64,000 bases of DNA from Vulcanimicrobiales bacterium (GTDB lineage: Bacteria > Vulcanimicrobiota > Vulcanimicrobiia > Vulcanimicrobiales > Vulcanimicrobiaceae). Positions 58,938-64,000 of this stretch are shown piece by piece. A model generated the notes under the pieces. The model was not told the DNA's origin. It saw nothing but the letters and a program-made list of their open reading frames with translations, and did not search any database. How positions within the stretch are numbered: the first letter of the stretch is position 1; every line of letters begins with the position of its first letter. The DNA lies in NCBI GenBank assembly GCA_038231455.1, contig JBBRLI010000006.1:1-64000 (forward strand), written 5' to 3'. A program made the position numbers and the translations under genes.

Positions 58938-59117
58938 CTAGTCGTCCTTCTCGACGATCACGGCGGTTGCGATGTCGAAGTCGTGCCATTCGCCGCACTG
59001 ATCGCACCGGATCCGATTCTCGACACCAAGTTCGTCGAGCGCCTCGAGCGTGCGAATCCGCACGCGTGGTGAAGCGAGCTTGTTCGTGCGCGGACAGCGA
59101 ACCGTCAGGTACGGCAT
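58938..59117 (-). CDS. 59-aa putative zinc-ribbon protein (not in ORF track)
   Basis: MPYLTVRCPRTNK...IRCDQCGEWHDFD; ATG immediately follows the SBP stop codon. Confidence 0.7.
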   Translation of the reverse strand: MPYLTVRCPRTNKLASPRVRIRTLEALDELGVENRIRCDQCGEWHDFDIATAVIVEKDD

Positions 59118-60080
59118 TTACACGGCGGCGATGAGGCGCTGCGCGGGCAGCGGACCGTATTTGATGAAGCCGTCGTAGATGAATTCGTTCTGAATGTCGA
59201 GCACGGTCGTGCGGTCGACGCGCAGATCCGCTTTGAAATCGTAGCGGTCGGCCTTCTTGATGAGGTCGATCGGTTGTTTTGTGTATTTGGCGTACGCTTC
59301 GAGATTCTCCGGATTGTAGTATCCCGCGCCGGCAATTTCAGCGGCGGCCTTGCGGAGCGCGCCCATCACGCCTTTGGCGACGGCCGCATCTTTGAACATC
59401 GAGGGCCCGAAGAAGATCCCCGTGCCCGCGATCCCCGAGTGAACGGAACCGATGATGTGCGCGAGTTTCTTCTCTTCAAATATCGACGTAAAGGGGGCGG
59501 AGAGGAATGCGCCGTCGATGGCTTTCTTCGTGAGCGCGACTTCCATGTCGGCGTTCGCAATATTGGTACCCTCGACATCGCTTAACTTGAGGCCGACTTC
59601 GCGTAAAATACGCGCCACGTAGTAGCTCGACGTCGCGCCGGCGCCGCCGATCCAACCGATTTTCTTGCCTTTGAGGTCTTTTGGCGACTTCATGCCGCTC
59701 TCGAAGAGATCTTCACGAATCATCAGCGCCGTTGGGTGACCTTTGGCGGGTTGGTAACCGGTCGATGCAACGAAGCGCACGTCGAGTCCGCGATTGACCG
59801 CATTATAAAACGATGCCGCGATGCCGGCAGCAATGAAATCGAGTTGGCCTTGCGCGGCGAGCACCAGTGCATCTTGGCCCGCGACGATCGGCGAGAGTTC
59901 GCAGTTAAAGCCGGCAGCGGTCAGGTAACCGCGTTCCTGCGCGACGAAGAGCGGCGCGAACAGCGTCGATGGGACGAATCCCACTTTGAGCGTCCGGCTC
60001 TGGGCGCGGACGATGGCCGGGGCTGCGACGAACGCGGCACTTCCGGCAAGTCCGGTGAGGAATCGGCTGCGTGTGGTCAA
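59118..60080 (-). CDS. ABC transporter substrate-binding protein (SsuA/NMT1 family), Tat-like signal
   Basis: TRSRFL..AAPAIVRAQ; FAPLFVAQERGY; DLKGKKIG. Confidence 0.88.
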   Translation of the reverse strand: MTTRSRFLTGLAGSAAFVAAPAIVRAQSRTLKVGFVPSTLFAPLFVAQERGYLTAAGFNCELSPIVAGQDALVLAAQGQLDFIAAGIAASFYNAVNRGLDVRFVASTGYQPAKGHPTALMIREDLFESGMKSPKDLKGKKIGWIGGAGATSSYYVARILREVGLKLSDVEGTNIANADMEVALTKKAIDGAFLSAPFTSIFEEKKLAHIIGSVHSGIAGTGIFFGPSMFKDAAVAKGVMGALRKAAAEIAGAGYYNPENLEAYAKYTKQPIDLIKKADRYDFKADLRVDRTTVLDIQNEFIYDGFIKYGPLPAQRLIAAV

Positions 60081-60188
60081 GAGTGGCTCCTTTTACGTGG
60101 TGTTCGGTTCGTTCCGATGCTTCGCGGCAAGGTCCTCGATGGAGGCCTATCAGAAACGTTATCGGCAATTCGAAAGCGAGGGCCACCG

Positions 60189-61445
60189 ATGGATCTGCTG
60201 CGTCGCGATATCGAGCTTGACTGGCACCCCGACGCCTGCGCGCGCGTCCCATACGCCCTCTACACCGATCGCGCGATTTACGAACGCGAACTCGATCGGC
60301 TGTTTTATCGCGGTCACTGGTGCTATGTCGGCCTCGAATGCGAGATTCCAAATTTCGGCGATTTTAAGCGCACGTCGATCGGCGAACGCGACGTGATCGT
60401 CGTGCGTGACAAGAGCGGCGCGATCAATGTGGTCGAAAACCGCTGCGCGCATCGCGGCGTTCAGTTTTGTCAAAAATCGTTCGGCCAAACGAAAACGTTC
60501 GTGTGTCCGTACCACCAGTGGAGTTACGACCTGCGTGGCAACCTCATCGGTCTGCCGTTTCGCAAAGGCGTCAAGCAAGGCGAGAAAGTCAACGGCGGCA
60601 TGCCGCCGGATTTCGATCTTGCCGATCATTCGCTGACGACGCTCGCGGTTGAGTCCTGGAACGGCGTCATTTTCGCCTCGTTCGATCGCGATGTCGCGCC
60701 GCTCCGTTCGTTTGTCGGACCCGAAGTTGGGAACTACATGGATCGCATCTTCGATGGCCGCGAGCTCACGCTGCTTGGCTATTCACGTCAGCGCATTCCG
60801 GGCAACTGGAAGCTCATGCAAGAGAATATCAAGGATCCGTACCATCCGGGTCTCTTGCATACGTGGTTCGTTACGTTCGGCTTGTGGCGCGCGGATCAGC
60901 AGTCACAGATGGTCGTCGATGCGCGCGGTCGTCACGCGGCGATGGTTTCGCGCAAGAACGATGGTGGCAAGAGCGATGCAGTAACTGCCGGTGTGACGAG
61001 TTTCAAAGAAAACATGGTGCTGCAAGATGACCGGGTGCTCGACGTGGTGATCGAACCGTGGTGGAACGGGCCGACCGTCACGATGCTCACGCTCTTTCCG
61101 AGCTTGATCGTGCAGCAGCAAGTCAACTCGCTCTCGACGCGCCAGATCATCCCGACCGGAACCGACACCTTCGATTTTGTCTGGACGCACTTCGGATTCA
61201 AAGATGACGATGCGGAAATGACGCGGCGTCGCTTACGTCAAGCCAATCTCTTCGGCCCCGCGGGATATGTCTCGGCAGACGATGGTGAGGTGATCGAACT
61301 CTCGCAGCGCGGCTTCGATCAGCACGGCGATCTTGCAACGGTGTGTGAACTCGATGGCCGCGGGATGGGCGGCGCCGATCACAACGTCACCGAGACGCTC
61401 ATTCGGTCGATGTACGGCTACTATCGCGAGGTGATGGAACTATGA
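60189..61445 (+). CDS. nagG: Salicylate 5-hydroxylase-like Rieske oxygenase large subunit
   Basis: CAHRG..CPYHQW; NWKLMQENIKDPYHPGLLHTWFVTFGLWR; RQANLFGPAGYVSADDGE. Confidence 0.85.
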   Translation: MDLLRRDIELDWHPDACARVPYALYTDRAIYERELDRLFYRGHWCYVGLECEIPNFGDFKRTSIGERDVIVVRDKSGAINVVENRCAHRGVQFCQKSFGQTKTFVCPYHQWSYDLRGNLIGLPFRKGVKQGEKVNGGMPPDFDLADHSLTTLAVESWNGVIFASFDRDVAPLRSFVGPEVGNYMDRIFDGRELTLLGYSRQRIPGNWKLMQENIKDPYHPGLLHTWFVTFGLWRADQQSQMVVDARGRHAAMVSRKNDGGKSDAVTAGVTSFKENMVLQDDRVLDVVIEPWWNGPTVTMLTLFPSLIVQQQVNSLSTRQIIPTGTDTFDFVWTHFGFKDDDAEMTRRRLRQANLFGPAGYVSADDGEVIELSQRGFDQHGDLATVCELDGRGMGGADHNVTETLIRSMYGYYREVMEL

Positions 61446-61927
61446 TTGCCGCTCCCGTCGTGTCGGTCGCCGACCGCTTGCGGATCGAAGACCTCTATGC
61501 CGAATACTCCGCATGTTTAGATGAGGGGCGCTACGATGCGTGGCCCGAGTTTTTCACCATCGATTGTTCGTACCGAATCGTCGCGCGCGAAAATTACGAT
61601 CGCGGGCTGCCGCTCGCGCTCTTATCGTTCGAAAGCCGCGGAATGCTGATCGACCGCGTGTACGGCATTACGCAAACGCTCTTCCACGAGCCGTACTATC
61701 AGCGCCACATCGTCTCGGGCTTTATCGTCAAGCCGGACGGCAATGCGTTCGCGGTCCGTGCGAATTATCTCGTCGTGCGGACGAAAGCGGCGGCCTTGCC
61801 GGAAGTGTATAGCGTCGGGCGCTACGTGGACCGGATCGTCGAACACGACGGCTCGCTGCGATTCGCAGAAAAAATCTGCATCTTCGATAGCGAGCTCATC
61901 GCAAACTCGATGATCTATCCGATCTAG
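61442..61927 (+). CDS. nagH: Salicylate 5-hydroxylase-like small subunit
   Basis: WPEFF, RENYDRGLPL, ESRGMLIDRVYG..TLFHEPYYQRH, DSELIANSMIYPI. Confidence 0.85.
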   Translation: MIAAPVVSVADRLRIEDLYAEYSACLDEGRYDAWPEFFTIDCSYRIVARENYDRGLPLALLSFESRGMLIDRVYGITQTLFHEPYYQRHIVSGFIVKPDGNAFAVRANYLVVRTKAAALPEVYSVGRYVDRIVEHDGSLRFAEKICIFDSELIANSMIYPI

Positions 61928-62806
61928 CTAGCGCACCGCGCCAACGGGTGCGCCGATGCGGACCGCGTTGCGTAGGATGCCGATCTTTTGGATCTCGACT
62001 TCCATCACGTCGCCGTCTTTGAGGAACTCGGGAGGCGTGCGCGCAAAGCCGACGCCTTCGGGCGTTCCCGTTGCGATAACGTCGCCCGGTTCGAGCGTGA
62101 GACCGTGCGAGAGGCTCGCGATGATACGACGCAGGTTGAAGATCATCGCGGCGGTGTTGGCCGACTGTTTCACATCGCCGTTGACGCGCAGCGCGATATC
62201 GAGCGTCTGCGGATCGCCGATCTCGGCTGCATCCACGATCCAAGGGCCAATCGGGCACGAGTTGTCGAGCGTCTTGCCTTTGAACCACTGCACGTGTTTA
62301 TTTTGGAGGTCGCGCGCGGTAATGTCGTTCAGGCACGCGTAGCCAAAGATGACATCGAGGGCGTCCGCTTCGCTGACGTTCTTGCATTTTTTGCCGATGA
62401 CGACCGCGAGCTCCGCTTCCCAATCGTACTGGCTCGAAACATCGGCCATCAGTTCGAGCGTTTGATCGGGGTCGGCGACCGCAGTCGGCGCCTTGGAAAA
62501 GAACGTGGGAACGTCCGGAAGCTTGAGCTCGACGCCGCGTACGCGTGCGCCCTCTTCGGCGTGCGCGAGATAGTTGCGGCCGACGCAGAAAATGTTCTTC
62601 CGCGGTGTCACCGGCGCATGCAGATGCGCCGATGCAAGCGGGACCGCGGGACTCAAGGCGCCGAGCGCTGCTTTGCGGTCGGCTGCATCCATCGCGATGA
62701 ATTCTTCAAGGCGCGTGACCGCCTCCGCGAACGGGCGAATCGAATCGCCTTCGAGCACCCCGGGGCGCCGAGCGCTGCCGCCGGTGCTGAACGTTACGTA
62801 TCGCAT
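61928..62806 (-). CDS. Fumarylacetoacetate hydrolase family protein (fumaryl/maleylpyruvate hydrolase candidate)
   Basis: CVGRNY..H, DWEAELAVVIG, NDITARDLQ, ATGTPEGVG; AAGGAG SD before ATG 62806. Confidence 0.9.
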   Translation of the reverse strand: MRYVTFSTGGSARRPGVLEGDSIRPFAEAVTRLEEFIAMDAADRKAALGALSPAVPLASAHLHAPVTPRKNIFCVGRNYLAHAEEGARVRGVELKLPDVPTFFSKAPTAVADPDQTLELMADVSSQYDWEAELAVVIGKKCKNVSEADALDVIFGYACLNDITARDLQNKHVQWFKGKTLDNSCPIGPWIVDAAEIGDPQTLDIALRVNGDVKQSANTAAMIFNLRRIIASLSHGLTLEPGDVIATGTPEGVGFARTPPEFLKDGDVMEVEIQKIGILRNAVRIGAPVGAVR

Positions 62807-62895
62807 ACTGTCTCCTTCGATGCGCATCTCGCGGGTCGCGGCGCGGGTCGAAACGTATCACCGGGGTATCGCCTATTCCTGCGAGAGGACGTTCC

Positions 62896-63834
62896 ATGAT
62901 CGCCGCCGATTCGCTCGACCAAGTTCTGAGGGCAGCCCAGGTCCATGCCGCGCAGCCGCTCTGGACGGTCATGGACGCAATGGTGCCGCCGGCGCCGAAT
63001 CCGCGCGCGGTTCCCCACCTCTGGCGGTATGCCGACCTCCGTCCGCTGTTGCTTCGCGCGGGCGAACTCGTCGGCACCGAAGAGGCCGAGCGTCGCGTGT
63101 TCATGCTGGTGAATCCGGCCATGCGGGCGCCGTTCACGACCGATACGCTGTATGCGGGCCTACAGTACATTCGCCCGGGCGAAGTCGCACGGGCACATCG
63201 GCACATGGCGTTCGCACTGCGCTTTATTGTCGAAGGCGACGGTGCGTACACGGCGGTCGGCGGCGAGAAGGTCACGATGGAACGCGGCGACGTGATCCTC
63301 ACGCCAACGTGGGATTTTCACGATCACGGGCATGAGGGCAAGCAAGGAATGATCTGGCTCGACGGCCTGGATCTGCCGCTCTTTCAGTGGCTACCGACCA
63401 ATTTTGCGCAGCCGTATCACGAGCCGCGTTATCCCTCGGAACCGTCGACTGCCGATTCTCACTTGAAATATCCGTGGGCCGAGATGCAAGCCAAACTCGA
63501 CGCGCACGTGGGGCCGTTTGCCGAAGAACGCTACGCACACCGGCACACGGGCGGTCATATCTCGAAGACGCTCGGAGCTGCAGCCGAGCGCCTTGCGGCC
63601 GGCGCCACCTCGCCGAAGCGACGCGAAACCGCAAGCTCGGTCTACCACGTGCATAGCGGCACGGGCATGACGACCATCGGCGAGACGACGCTGCACTGGG
63701 AATCCGGTGATACGATCGCGATTCCGGCGTGGATGCCATTCGAACATCACGCAACGGATGCGACGTATTTCTTCCGGTTCGATGACAAACCGATGCTCGA
63801 TGCTCTCGGCTACTACAAGCGCGAGGACGGCTAA
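62896..63834 (+). CDS. gtdA: Gentisate 1,2-dioxygenase (bicupin)
   Basis: AERRV..LVNP, LYAGLQ..PGEVARAHRH..ALRFIVEG.GAYT, WDFHDHG, WLDGLDLP. Confidence 0.88.
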   Translation: MIAADSLDQVLRAAQVHAAQPLWTVMDAMVPPAPNPRAVPHLWRYADLRPLLLRAGELVGTEEAERRVFMLVNPAMRAPFTTDTLYAGLQYIRPGEVARAHRHMAFALRFIVEGDGAYTAVGGEKVTMERGDVILTPTWDFHDHGHEGKQGMIWLDGLDLPLFQWLPTNFAQPYHEPRYPSEPSTADSHLKYPWAEMQAKLDAHVGPFAEERYAHRHTGGHISKTLGAAAERLAAGATSPKRRETASSVYHVHSGTGMTTIGETTLHWESGDTIAIPAWMPFEHHATDATYFFRFDDKPMLDALGYYKREDG

Positions 63835-64000
63835 TGGATTCGGTCATCGATGCGAGTCTGCCGTTTCCCGAAGCGGATCTGCGCGATCATCCGCCGCGCA
63901 ACGCGCGCGTGATGCTCGGCGGCTTGTATTTTCTTGCGCGCACGATCGATAAAGCCAAAGCGAAAATCAACGGCACGCTCGGCGAGTACAAGATCGGCCC
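63834..64000 (+). CDS. DUF5069-like protein, 5' part (truncated by window end)
   Basis: TAATG coupling; DLRDHPPRNARVMLGGLYFLARTIDKAKAKINGTLGEY. Confidence 0.65.
   Translation, partial: MDSVIDASLPFPEADLRDHPPRNARVMLGGLYFLARTIDKAKAKINGTLGEYKIG

Noticed and set aside
60152-62860. Shared GAAACGT(T)ATC-like words upstream of nagG (about 60152) and gtdA (about 62849) as a common operator
   Set aside because: Too short, with different symmetry centres; I cannot distinguish them from chance.

Overview
GC-rich bacterial chromosomal window with about 65 coding genes and one tRNA-Leu(CAG). I see no mobile element, CRISPR array or prophage. The organism is a diderm (LptA-like protein, RND pump, outer-membrane barrel) with a Firmicutes-like SigB module; that mix suggests Vulcanimicrobiota/Eremiobacterota, which is inference only. 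In order, the window holds: murA, mreB, a tandem-domain LptA-like gene, rarA, a cysteine desulfurase, a DUF948-ytxH-rsbV-rsbW-sigB operon, alaS, serA plus a phosphatase, three GT-C-like membrane glycosyltransferases, an NHEJ operon (split ligD plus ku), HU, a TetR/RND efflux unit, a lipoyl-E2-E1 fused 2-oxoglutarate dehydrogenase, a hybrid kinase, lrp-kdd-kamA lysine catabolism, an orphan sufD plus Rieske oxygenase, lepB, pntAAB and a salicylate/gentisate cluster. The strongest hidden signal is a GrdB/PrdB-like selenoprotein (32386..33156) that the ORF track splits at an in-frame TGA. It has a U-x-x-C motif and a SECIS-like hairpin 10 nt downstream. It heads an EamA+MFS operon with no reductase partner subunits and shares a TetR-type palindrome with the RND pump. 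Other highlights are an mreB with no canonical start codon, a SigB-type promoter before the NHEJ operon, leaderless promoters and two small ORFs the track missed.
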